This document shows positions 1-12,200 of a stretch of 64,000 nucleotides of DNA, in pieces. Numbering within the stretch: position 1 is the first letter of the stretch; every line of letters begins with the position of its first letter. This DNA comes from Mytilus californianus (taxonomy: Eukaryota). The notes under the pieces are model-generated. The model saw only the letters and a list, made by a program, of their open reading frames with translations. It made no database searches and was not told where the DNA came from. The translations under genes and the position numbers were made by a program. The stretch covers positions 62,001 to 126,000 of the forward strand of contig NW_026262745.1 in NCBI RefSeq assembly GCF_021869535.1, given 5' to 3'.

Positions 1-38
1 TCATATTTTTTTCAGGATTTTGACCTTTTATGTTTCAG

Positions 39-2338
39 AATGAAGAACAGTTAACAAATGTTAATTCAGATGAAAAGGAAAAAGTCATACTAAATGTTGA
101 CACGAGTGCATTAACTGATGTCACAACTATTGTTCTTGACTGCTCCACTATAAATTTTGTTGACTTGGTCGGAGTAAAAGCACTACGTCGCGTAAGTTTT
201 TTTTTATGGTGATTGTACAATACTGAAACATTCTTCAAATGTACATAAATAAACGCAGGTGGATTTTGATTAGCTGGTAATCAGTTAATTTTTTCATGTA
301 TTTTCTTTTATCAAATGAATTTATTTCATATTTCACCAACGCCAGATTAAATCAACAAGGATATCTCTTTTTTATCCACTCTGTTGTGGTATTTGTCAAA
401 CGTATATATGGAGATGTGGTATGATTGCCAATGAGAGAACTATCCACCAATGTTAAAATGAAGTGGATTTAAGCAATTAGAGGCAACTGTACGGCCTTCA
501 ACAATGAGAAAAACCCATACCGTATAGTCGGCTATATGACTATTTACTCTTCACAAAGACACCTCTTTCACTGTCCTTATTATGATTATAAGGACTTGTG
601 TGTATACATGTACGATAATGACACAACCCAATAACACGAAAAAGCTCCCATGCAGTATTCTTTTTTTGAGCCCGAACAAAGTGTTAGAACAGTTCATAAA
701 ATAAATGGAGTAACACTTATTCCTTGTTTCTTTTGCAGCTGTTTAATGAATATGAAAAGGTGAACATTCGTGTTTTCTTGGCTGCACCTAACAGTAAGTA
801 TTTTGCTATTTACATGTACCCGGTCCACATAGTTACTGTTATTGTTTTGGGACTTGTAGACAGACAAGCAACTAAAGTGTCAAAGTGAATAGATATTCAA
901 TAAATATATTTTATTTATTTACAAAAGGTTTGTATAATCAAAACTTATCGGGTCGTTGTATAGGAATTTCGCGAAGATACTATGAAACTCAAGGTATTTA
1001 GAGCTGATGTATTAAAGAACTAGCCATGTTGCGCTTATAATATGAAAGGCAATCAACATTTTGCGGCAAATAACTATTTGGCTGTTGATCAATGTAGTAG
1101 TTTTTTTTGAAAATACCTAGATTTCAATATTATTAGTGTGTAAAACTTTTTATACGGTTAAAACCTTTTTTTGCATAATTGTATTTTTTTCTCATACAAT
1201 GATATCTCTGTCACTATGGAAACTTGTAAAAAAGTGACATATATAAGATATCAAGAGGAAAAAGAAAAACCATGAGAAGAAAAAAACAAACAATATCATG
1301 ACAAACTAGGAAAACGACGTAAAGACCAAACAACAGTTTACAAAACACTGAACAAACACGAAGGCCACTAAAGTCCGAGAGTTATCTCATGTACTCCACT
1401 TGTTGCACCCATTTTGTTGATCATGGCAAGTTAAAGCCTAGTGATAGGTCGCATTCGGTGCTATCTCAATTGAGGAAAAGGGGGACGGGATTGTGGCTAC
1501 GACCATTTGAACATATCCATGGTCATCTGTGAAACAGATATTCAATAACTGTCAACGAATTCATCATGGCGTTCGTACAATTTTCGAAGGGTTGACTTTA
1601 TCATATGTAAGGCCTAGTTCAATAGCTTCCATATACACATCCATCCTCAATTAATGAACTCATAATATGCTTTCAAAGTTCTGGAATATTATATCAACTG
1701 GGAGACAAATACTCCATATGCAGACGCTGCTGGAATTTTGCAAGATAACAATTGAAAGATGATAGGAAAGATGAAAAATCATCTTTTTTGTCGTAAAGTT
1801 TAGTTCTCAACCGACCCTCATTGTCAATGTCTAGATGTAAGATATGAGGCACATTTAACTGTATCGACGGTATCCTTTTCTAAAGCTTGATGGAATATAG
1901 GGATTAACATAGTCACTTTGAATGATTTAGTGAAAAGAAATCATCTATATGGCTGAACGTGAAGTTAAAAGATGAAGCCAGTTCTAATCAAGAATCTTGT
2001 TTATAAAATCTGCCACATCTGAATAAAGGAACGGTTCGGAGGACCACATTTTTCCCATAGGAATGTCGTTTGTCTAATGAAATTGTTGCAAGTTTGATAA
2101 AAAAAAAAAACAGAAGAAGTCACACAAAATCAAAAAGATCAATTTGTTAAATATGTATGCTGGAAATAAAAAAAAAACACATTATAAATAAAACATTCTC
2201 CCCCTATATATATATATTTATTTTTTAGAAAAAGTATTATCCATATTAAAGGCAGCAGAATTCTTTGAAGAATATAAGGACAGTATATACATAGATGTCT
2301 CAAGTGCTTTAGGCAATCACCCTAATGCTGAGGTGTAA
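39..2338 (+). CDS. SLC26 (prestin/SLC26A5-like) anion transporter paralogue 1, 3' end only (STAS domain exons)
   Basis: Three in-phase GT-AG exons: 39-191 (NEEQ...TTIVLDCSTINFVDLVGVKALRR), 739-793 (LFNEYEKVNIRVFLAAPN) and 2229-2338 (KVLSILKAAEFF...NAEV*). The 'IVLDCS.INFVD.VGVK.L' motif is the SLC26 STAS signature. The 55-nt exon and the phases match the last exons of the paralogue at 49683-52081. The gene begins upstream of the window. Confidence 0.9.
410..535 (+). repeat. Interspersed repeat (GGAGATGTGGTATGATTGCCAATGAGA family)
   Basis: A reverse-complement copy of the same sequence lies at ~38385-38566; it shares its head with the family at 29359-29680. Confidence 0.7.
1300..2097 (-). mobile_element. 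Decayed Penelope-like retroelement (RT domain fragment plus 3' tail) in an SLC26 intron
   Basis: Minus-strand translation with stops and frameshifts gives IPMG...FLYS, FNFTFSHIDDFFSLN (YIDD-type catalytic motif), KDT..CASYL, GRLRTKLYDKKDDF and IPAASAYGVFVSQLI, typical of Penelope-like RTs. Confidence 0.8.
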
Positions 2339-3205
2339 GAATGCATACATCACTGATCGCATAGATCTTCATAATCTAATATTTAGAAATCAAAATTGTA
2401 GAAACATATATCACAATAAATGTAGCAGAATTTGACTTATCTTGTTTTACTTTACCTTTTATACCCAATTGCAAGAAAACTGTTAATTTACAATGATATA
2501 TTAGTCTGTATATAAACATAGGAGAAAATTTGAAGTAGATACACACCAAAAGAAAATACAAAAATGAAAGGACAACACATCTAGGACAACAAATCATTCA
2601 TATTATTTTTTTTAATTGTGAAATATGAAAATCAGAGAGTAAGAATGAGCCAAACCAAAGAATGTCTGAATGTTTGAATTTACAAAAAATACTCTGTGGA
2701 TTAACTTGGTTCTCTGCATATCAGAAATAGCAGAGAGTCACAAATTTAGCATCACAACAACGACTATTCATACAAGTTGAAGCTATTAATTGGTAGTAAC
2801 TGGTACTTACGATATCTTTAATCATGTAAGTATATGTATAATAAAAATTGATGGATTTAAAATACGCGTATAGCATTTATGTGCAGAATGCAAAGGAACA
2901 AGCCAAATTACATATGACAGATATCATTTGATATTTGAGACAGAAGTATATATGAATGGATTTTATATATTGAATAAACAGACAAAGATTTAAGACAATT
3001 CTATTCAGTATTTTAATAACAATAGTTTCACATAATTTATCAATTCGATGTTTACATGGCACCCTGTAGACTACACATGTTACCGTTTGTAATTAGATAA
3101 AACTTGTTTCTTTTCTGTTTAATGTTACCAATCTGGTTATACAGTTTTCTTTTTTGATGCATGACTCTCTTACATACACTCCATCACTAATATCCCAGCA
3201 TAGTA

Positions 3206-6200
3206 TTATTCTAGTCCCCCCATGCACACATATTTAATTTCTAAGTAGTCTTCCATGCCATATTTTCCTCCTTCGCGTCCCAACCCTGATTCCTTCCAAC
3301 CACCGAAGATAGCTTCTGGCATTGCGGGTAATCCTTCATTCACACCAACAATACCAAATTCAAGTTTCTCAGCTATCCGCCACATTTGGCTTATATTTTC
3401 TGTAAACACGTAACCTAGAAAAAAAAAAGTAACAGAGTGCACTTTTTAAGGGTAAATAAACAAGTTAATAACCGACGTAAGTGTTAAAACCCGAAAAAAA
3501 AACTACCACTTTTCATTTTCGTATGTTTGTGTGACCGTCCTCCACTGCAGTTGATTCTATTAGGGTTTAAATGATAAAATGAATAGTATTTTTTCTTTGA
3601 ACACGCGCAAAGTGCTAGAAAAAAAAAGTAAAATAACAAAAATACCGAACTCCAAGGAAAATTCATAACGCAAAGTCCCTAATCAAGTGGCAAAATCAAA
3701 AGCTCAAGCACATCAAACGAATGGAAAACAACTGTTATATTCCTGATTTGGTACAGGCATTTCCTTATGTAGAATATGGTGGATTAAACCTGGTGTTATA
3801 GCTATTTAACCTCTCACTTGTATGAGAGTCATATAGCATTCCATTATATTGACAACAATGTGTGAGCAAAACACACTGACATTATAGATAAAATTAAAAA
3901 AATTGAGGTACAGCAGTCAACATAGTGTTATAATCTTAATCACTATAAAACAAATAACTATTTAAACAAAGAAAAACAAAATGGCATATAGACACTCTAT
4001 AGACAAAGTACATAAGCAAGAGTGAAAGACAAGGATACAATAAAATGCTCCGCAGGGCGCAGCTTGATACGACCGCAGAGGTTGAACCCTGAACAGTTGG
4101 GGAAAGTATGGACACAACATTCAAGCTTGATACAGCTCTGAATTTGGATTGTGATTAAATATTTGACACAGCATAGGTTTCTGACACAGAATGAATGTGG
4201 TCTAAGAACTTAAAAATTTTAAATTGGACATTCACCTATTATGGTCCAATATCCAAAATCTAAATACATGGTTAGATTCAGCATATTAAAGAACCCCCAA
4301 GAATTCAATTTTTGATGAAATCAAACAAAGTTTAATTTTGGACCCTTTTGACCTCAATGTGGACAAAGTTGATAACAGGGCCCACAAATCAAAAATCTAA
4401 ATACATGGTTAGATTCAGCATATCAAAGAACCCCATATATTCAATTTTTGTTGAAATCAAACAAAGTTTAATTTTGGACCCCGATTTGGACCAACTTGAA
4501 AACTGGGCCCATAATCAAAAATCTAAATACATGTTTAGATTCAGCATATCAAAGAACCCTCAGAATTCAATTTTTGTTAAAATCAAACAAAGTTTAATTT
4601 TGGACCCTTTGGACCTTAATGTAGACCAATTTGAAAACAGAACCAAAAATTAAGAATCTAAATACACGGTTAGATTCGGCATATCAAAGAACCCCAATAA
4701 TTCAATTTCTGTTGAAATCAAACAAAGTTTAATTTTGGACCCCGATTTGGACCAACTTGAAAACTGGGCCCATAATCAAAAATCTAAATACATGGTTAGA
4801 TTCAGCATATCAAAGAACCCCATATATTCAATTTTTGTTGAAATCAAACAAAGTTTAATTTTGGACCCCGATTTGGACCAACTTGAAAACTGGGCCCATA
4901 ATCAAAAATCTAAATACATGGTTAGATTCAGCATATCAAAGAACCCCATATATTCAATTTTTGTTGAAATCAAACAAAGTTTAATTTTGGACCCTTTTGA
5001 CCTCAATGTGGACAAAGTTGATAACGGGGCCCAAAAATCAAAAATCTAAATACATGGTTAGATTCAGCATATCAAAGAACCCCATATATTCAATTTTTGT
5101 TGAAATCAAACAAAGTTTAATTTTGGACCCCGATTTGGACCAACTTGAAAACTTGGCCCATAATCAAAAATCTAAATACATGGTTAGATTCAGCATATCA
5201 AAGAACCCCATATATTCAATTTTTGTTGAAATCAAACAAAGTTTAATTTTGGACCCCGATTTGGACCAACTTGAAAACTGGGCCCATAATCAAAAATCTA
5301 AATACATGGTTAGATTCAGCATATCAAAGAACTCCATATATTCAATTTTTGTTGAAATCAAACAAAGTTTAATTTTGGACCCTTTTGACCTCAATGTGGA
5401 CAAAGTTGATAACGGGGCCCAAAAATCAAAATCTAAATACATGGTTAGATTCAGCATATCAAAGAACCCCATATATTCAATTTTTGTTGAAATCAAACAA
5501 AGTTTAATTTTGGACCCTGATTTGAACCAACTTGAAAACTGGGCCCATAATCAAAAATCTAAATACATGGTTAGATTCAGCATATCAAAGAACCCCATAT
5601 ATCCAATTTTTGTTGAAATCAAACAAAGTTTAATTTTGGACCCCGATTTGGACCAACTTGAAAACTGGGCCCATAATCAAAAATCTAAATACATGTTTAG
5701 ATTCAGCATATCAAAGAACCCTAAGAATTCAATTTTTGTTAAAATCAAACAAAGTTTAATTTTGGACCCTTTGGACCTTAATGTAGACCAATTTGAAAAC
5801 GGAACCAAAAATTAAGAATCTAAATACACGGTTAGATTCGGCATATCAAAGAACCCCATATATTCAATTTCTGATGAAATCAAACAAAGTTAAATTTTGG
5901 ACCCTTTGGACCTCAATGTGGACCAATTTAAAAACGGGGCCCAATATCCAAAAACTTAATACACGGTTAGATTCAGCATATTAAAGAACCCCAAGAATTC
6001 AAGAATAAAACCCTATTGAAATTGATCAAGAAATAAGCAATTTATACGAAGTATCTTCTTTTGCACAATACTGTGCAATTGAATATTTCTTGCTATTGCG
6101 CAATACTGTACAATTGACAATTTCTTGCTATTGCGCAATATTGTGCTATTGGATATTTCTTGCTATTGCGCAATACTATGCAATTGGAGATTTCTTGCTA

Positions 6201-9200
6201 TTGTGCAATACTGTGCAATTGAAGATTTCTTGCTATTGTGCAATACTGTGCAATTGAAAATTTCTTGCTATTGCACAATACTTATTATATAATAATTTAC
6301 ACATTCTGTTTGGTGTGTATCTCCTATCATATCATTATTATTTGCTTTTAAATATAAATCAGAAATAACCAACTTAAAATGGAAAATTTTAAAAGAAAAA
6401 AAAAGGAAAAAAAGAAAAAAAAAAAAAAAAAAAAAAAATCCCACCCCCCTCAAATTTTTTGAACCCCCTAATGATTCATCACCCCCAAACTCAATCCCAG
6501 CCTTCCCTTTGTGGTATGGTACCTTGCAGTACAATTTCAGAGAGATCCATAAACTTGAACACAAGTTATTGTCTAGAAACTAGAAAAATGCTTATTTTTG
6601 GCCCCTTTTTGGCCCCCAATTCCTAAACGTTTCGGGCAATTACCCCCAAACTCAATTCCAGCTTTCCCTTTGTGAAATGGAACCTTGTAGTACAATTTCA
6701 GAAATATCCAAACACTTACACACAAGTTATTGTCATGAAACTAGAAAAATGCTTGTTTTTTGCCCCTTTTGTGGCCCCTAATTCCTAAAATTTTGAGGCA
6801 ATTACCCCCAAAATCAATAACAGCCTTCCCTTTGTGATATGGAACCTTGTGGTACAATGTCAGAGAGATCCATACACTTACACACAAGTTATTGTCTGGA
6901 AGTTACAAAAATGCTTATTTTTGGCCCCTTTTTGGCCCCTAATTCCTTAACTGTTGGTACCATAACCACCAAAATCAATCCCAACCTTCCTTTCGTGGTA
7001 TAGAACCTTATGGTAAAATTTCATGGAGATCCATTCACTTAAACTAAAGTTAGAGTGCGAAAACCAATGTGTCTTCGGACGACGCCGGACGACGCCAGAC
7101 GACGACGACGACGACGACGACGACGACAACGCCAACGTCATACCAATATACGACCAAAAAATTTTTAATTTTTGCGGTCGTATAAAAATGACCATAGCAC
7201 AATAACACAATGGCGGGATGTATAAATATCTAGCCACACCAAAAGTATATACCAAAAATGGACTAAACAGTAAAGGTTAAAATACACAAAGACAAATGAA
7301 AAGAACACCATAACACGTGATTAAGATGATAAATAACGTCAGTATAACTAAATAATGAAATATTGCACACACTTGTTAAAAAATTATTATATTGTAAAAT
7401 AAGAAACAATAAACAGGTTCAAATATCTATGTTTTCATTTTTGGCGCTCAAAACCTGGGTTTAAACGTAACTGATGATGCGTATTCCAAAAACAATGCAT
7501 AGTGCACAAGAAAATGGGTATAATACGGGTTTTTACATCTTCGCTAGCCAAGGGTTACAATCCAGTCTCCTCCTCTCCACCCTTGGCAGATAAAGCCAAC
7601 ATTTGTGATAACAATGCTGCGCCATCTGCCGTTGGATAAAAGTCACGTCCATTCCGACTGCATCATTCTTGACCAATGGCAGCACTTGAACTCTCTCCAG
7701 TATGGAGGTGTAAAATGGTCGTGTCTAGTGTTTACAAATTTTGTGAAGCAGGAACCGAAAATATGCGTTGACATTCCAACATTTGCTCGAGAAACATACC
7801 CAGTAACTTCAATTAGTTGATTTTGAACTTTAAAATTGTCACTAAATATCGTCCTATGTTTTTGGGGATAAATACTTGTTGCACAATCAACACGTGGTAA
7901 TTGTTTATTTACATTTTCTACATTTACACGTGATCATCTTATAGGCGTTTTTTGATTGGATGCAGCCAGTTACAACTGCGTCCAATGGAAATCATTACCT
8001 CGTGGATCCGAAATTCTACCTTAATCCGCCAAGGGTAGAGAGGAGTGGACTGGATCGTAACCCTTGGCTTGCGAAGATGGGGTTTTTATAACTAATTCAG
8101 TATGTTCATCAACTTAGTAAGTTAACTGATAAAATTTGAAATATGAACCTTAGTTAGAATGTATTTCTGTATGTTGGTATTTAAAAAGTCAATCAGTTGA
8201 AATTAAATCATTATTGTGATTAACTATATCAATGAAATATTCATCTCAAATTCCTTTACATTCATTACGAGTGTTAGTCCATTGATAAGAATACTGTACA
8301 GATGAATTTGATGTTTTATGTTTAACTGTAATTTTTATAACCTAGGAAACACTAAAAATTTTATGGTGTATATACATATGTGTCTAATTAAATCATATTA
8401 AAAAATGCTGTAGACAATATATGTAATATACATGAATTATATGGTTACAAAATTTTCATCATGTACTAAATCAATTCTTAACTATGGATGTATGAAATTA
8501 ACCTAAGGTTTTTGTCATGAAAAAGGATTTAATTATAAAAAATTCGGATTATAATTGCCCGTAAGTATGTCCGTTTAATTTACCCGCTAGTCCTGACGAT
8601 GTGTTGTTTGCCAAGTGTATTGCCTCTTCTTCTGTTTTAAATCTGGAATTATCAATTTAGAACATGCATGTAGCTTATTAAATTAGAATTATGAAAAAGG
8701 TCAACATTTATTTATAGAAAATTCAAACACCCTTGTTCAAATTGTTCATGCATGTATATATGTATATTATTTCTTTTGTCAAAGCTGTGTCATTGATGCT
8801 GCATCTGTTTGTTCAATTCCTAATACAAACTGCTTATTTTTGTTACTTCAATATGGATCATGAATTATTATATAAATTAAAGAAATAGTTTATCTTTCTT
8901 ATATTCATAACAGATTGCAAGGTATTCTCACCAAAATTGACCCATATTTTAACTTGTTTAAATCAGTGTACAACATACCTTATAACAGCAGCCAGTGGGC
9001 CGAACTGTTCCTCTTTATAACATTTCATATCAGTTGTAACATCACGGATAAGTGTAGGTTCATAGAAGTTACCCTCTTTCCTTTGTCCGCCCAATAATAT
9101 CTTGGCGCCATTTGATTTTGCATCTTGAACCAAAGCCTCAATCTTCAAACAATATAATCAAGACTACATGTTCCAGAGAAAGTATTACAGATTCACATTT

Positions 9201-12200
9201 TGTTAAATGTGTGTAGGGATATCGTTTAAGAAATATATTCACCACATTCCTTCTTTTCTATTAAATTAACAGACTGTTTTTTGTGCTGCATTGTGGCCCG
9301 AGAAGTTATTGGAGAAGCTTGTCTTATGTTTTTTACTTCACGTTTTGCTATATCGGTCTGAATGTTAATCGAAAAATGCTATGGATTCCATCCGAATATT
9401 TTGCCCTTTTTCAACATTATTTACTTGTAAGTTATCTAACAAGTATCTTCATATGCCCATGATTTGCCTAAATGTTTGTACTCTCTGTGTATTTTGCAAG
9501 GATATAATTGAGATTATTGCCAGTTCTAGTTAAAACGCTGTAGTTTGGGGCCAAAAAGGGGTCTTACCGGACCTTCTCCTTAGCCTGAACCTATATGTTT
9601 CAATTTATGGGTAGCATAAACATTAACGCCATATAGCAAAGAATTTCACTCAAACTTGTTCCAAAAAAGTATAACAAAAATACCAAACTCCAAAGTTCAT
9701 TAAAAAAAAGGGGAAGTCCATAAAGACTGACGATATCAAACATTATCAACCAACAGAACGAGTGAAAAACAAGTGTCATATTCCTGACTTGGTTCAGGCA
9801 TTTTCCGAAGAAAATGGTGGTTTAAACCTGGTTTTATAGCTAGCTAAACCTCCGACTTGTGAGACAGTTGTTTTGACAAAATTTGGGAGCAACCGAAAGG
9901 AACTAAGTAACATCTTGAACTTAAAAGAGGTAAAGAGGTGTGATCTTTTGCTTCGTGTTTAGACCTCATTTTGAATTTGAGAGAAGGAACAGCAATACAA
10001 GCGCTGTTCTTCAACATTCAGGTTTTTGACTTTGGTATTGTGAGTTTGTGTTATGACTTCAAATGTATGCCCTCTTTTACATTTTACCATATATATTCAC
10101 ACAACATTTAATCTATCAAACAAAATACAATAAATGGCACATATTTGTGCATAAAATGAAAATAATAAAATCAAATGATACAACTGCTAGAGCAAGAGAA
10201 ACTGGTAACCTACGTATTATCTAAAACAATTTTTTTGTAATCGCACGAAAATAGTCGTAAAAGAAAAGATAAAGAATAAAAACATTCACCTATTCATCCG
10301 TTCAGTCATATTCTTACAGAGAGAAATGTAAAATGACCTGTATATCTCTTCTTTTCTTTCTATTTTTTTTTATCGAGGTGGGAGGGTTGACAACTGTTTC
10401 ATTGATTTTTAAATGTTCGCAGATCACCATCATTGTTGAACTGGTCTCACTATCCTTCTTGCTTTTGCTCAATCAAGAAACCAGCATTCAGATAATTGGA
10501 TTACGTCACATCATTATAAAATCTTTAGACGTATGGACAAAAGGAAGAATTGAAAGATGTAAATTTCAATTTAAAACTAGTGTTATTTTTACCTTTTCAA
10601 CTGCTCGATTGTTGATTAGAGGTCCTTGTGTAGACTTTGGATTGAAACCATCCCCGATATGTAATTCTTGTTCCATCCTTTTTGATAAAGCTTCTAGGAA
10701 TGTCTCGTAAATGGAATCTTGTACCATAATTCTATTTGCACATATGCATGCCTAAAATGAACTTTCCATCAAAAGTTTGAAGACAATTTACATGTTCACT
10801 ATTCAAACAATCTCTTTCGTTTTTCTTTCTTTTCGTGGATAATTAATTATGATTCAATATATACTATGTTCACAAATGTAAAAAAAAAAAATGAAGTACA
10901 CCATACTATGCACTTTGCTTGGTAATCAGTACCCCAAATAGAAATTACCATAAAACCAAGAAAATTGCAAATTTTGTCATACGTAAGTGTTGCCTCATTA
11001 TTTTCATTTTAATAAAGATAGTTAGTGAATTAATCATATAATTTTGAATGTAAAATATCAGGTTAGAAAATGTATAGGGTAAAGTTCAAGAACAGAAGGT
11101 GTATTGTTTCAATGGTGAGTTTTTTTGAACGCTGTCAATTCTACAATTTGTCACTGCTGATCATGTCGAACTAAAATTAATACAACTACCTCTGAAATTT
11201 AAAATTTGTGTTTTACCATTGATGACAAATGATAGGACTTACCTGGCCGGTATTCCTGAACTTACTCCCCATAACTCCAGTCACAGCTTTGTCAATATCT
11301 GCAGTTTCAAAAACTATAAACGGTGCATTACCGCCGTTTTCTAATGAAACCCTCTTTACAGTAGAAGCTGATTGTTCAAGTAAAATCTACAAAATAAGAT
11401 AATAACTTTAAGTTTTTATTTTCAATACATTCTTTATATACAATTTTGCTGTATTATAAAAACAAAATTATTGAAGGTGTATTTTGCATTTACCCAAAGA
11501 AATGGACTTATACTATTATTGTAATACTTATTAATAATTATAATAATAAAAACGCAAGGTCATGATGGTATGTGACAAAGTTTCAACTGTGCTGTATCCT
11601 CATACCAATTATTACAAAACAACCACAAATTCAATAAAAAACAAGAAATGATTGTAACAGGATGCTGTTACGAAGTCTCCCAAACGAAGCTCCCATAATT
11701 CGTAATTCCCAGGGTCGCCTGACATTGGGCAAAGTCCAGTGAAAATTGGTTTGGTCCAGTAAAGTTATATGCATAAGTGATGCCTAAGGACTAACCCTGT
11801 ATATCATTCATATCATCTTGGCATGACAAACCAGAATATGTATGGTTTAGGGGTGGGGATCTCGACCATTTACAAGATATTAGAACTTTCTCAAATGGCA
11901 GGGGGTCGGGATGACCCCTGGGGACTAACCCTGTATATCATTCAAACCATCTTAGCATGACAAACCAGAATATATATGGTTTAGGGGTGGGGATCTTGAC
12001 CACTTACAAGATATTAGAACTTTCTTTAATGGCATGGGGTGGGGTGACCCCTGGGGACTAACCCTGTATTTCATTTCATGTGCTTTATCATGACAAACCA
12101 GAATATATATGGTTTAGGGGTGGGGATCTCGACCATTTACAAGATATTAGAACTTTCTCAAATGGCAGGGGTCGGGATGACCCCTGGGGACTAACCCTGT

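Larger units (their letters stand above)
4038..7187 (+). mobile_element. Helentron-associated (HINE/DINE-1/pearl-like) non-autonomous element carrying three satellite arrays
   Basis: Subterminal inverted repeat ATACGACCGCA (4067-4077) / TGCGGTCGTAT (7173-7183), 3' stem-loop ATACGACC..GGTCGTAT (7148-7183), (GAC)n microsatellite at ~7077-7135 and internal tandem arrays. The 5' module recurs in reverse at ~29035-29262. Confidence 0.8.

Noticed and set aside
2338-3206. Overlapping antisense 3' UTRs of SLC26 paralogue 1 and SSADH
   Set aside because: Plausible polyadenylation signals (AATAAA at 2415-2420 on +, ATTAAA near 3016 on -) would end both transcripts before they overlap; overlap cannot be supported without RNA data.
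4348-5984. 101-272 aa ORFs with a repeating 42-aa peptide ([15 protein letters not shown]...)
   Set aside because: They are read-through of a 126-bp satellite whose unit length is divisible by three. Frames break at the 135-137 bp variants, the array lies inside a non-autonomous element in an SSADH intron, and there are no splice or start signals.
7465-7505. Hammerhead-like CTGATGA motif
   Set aside because: GAAA is mutated to AAAA and the helices are broken; a decayed remnant.
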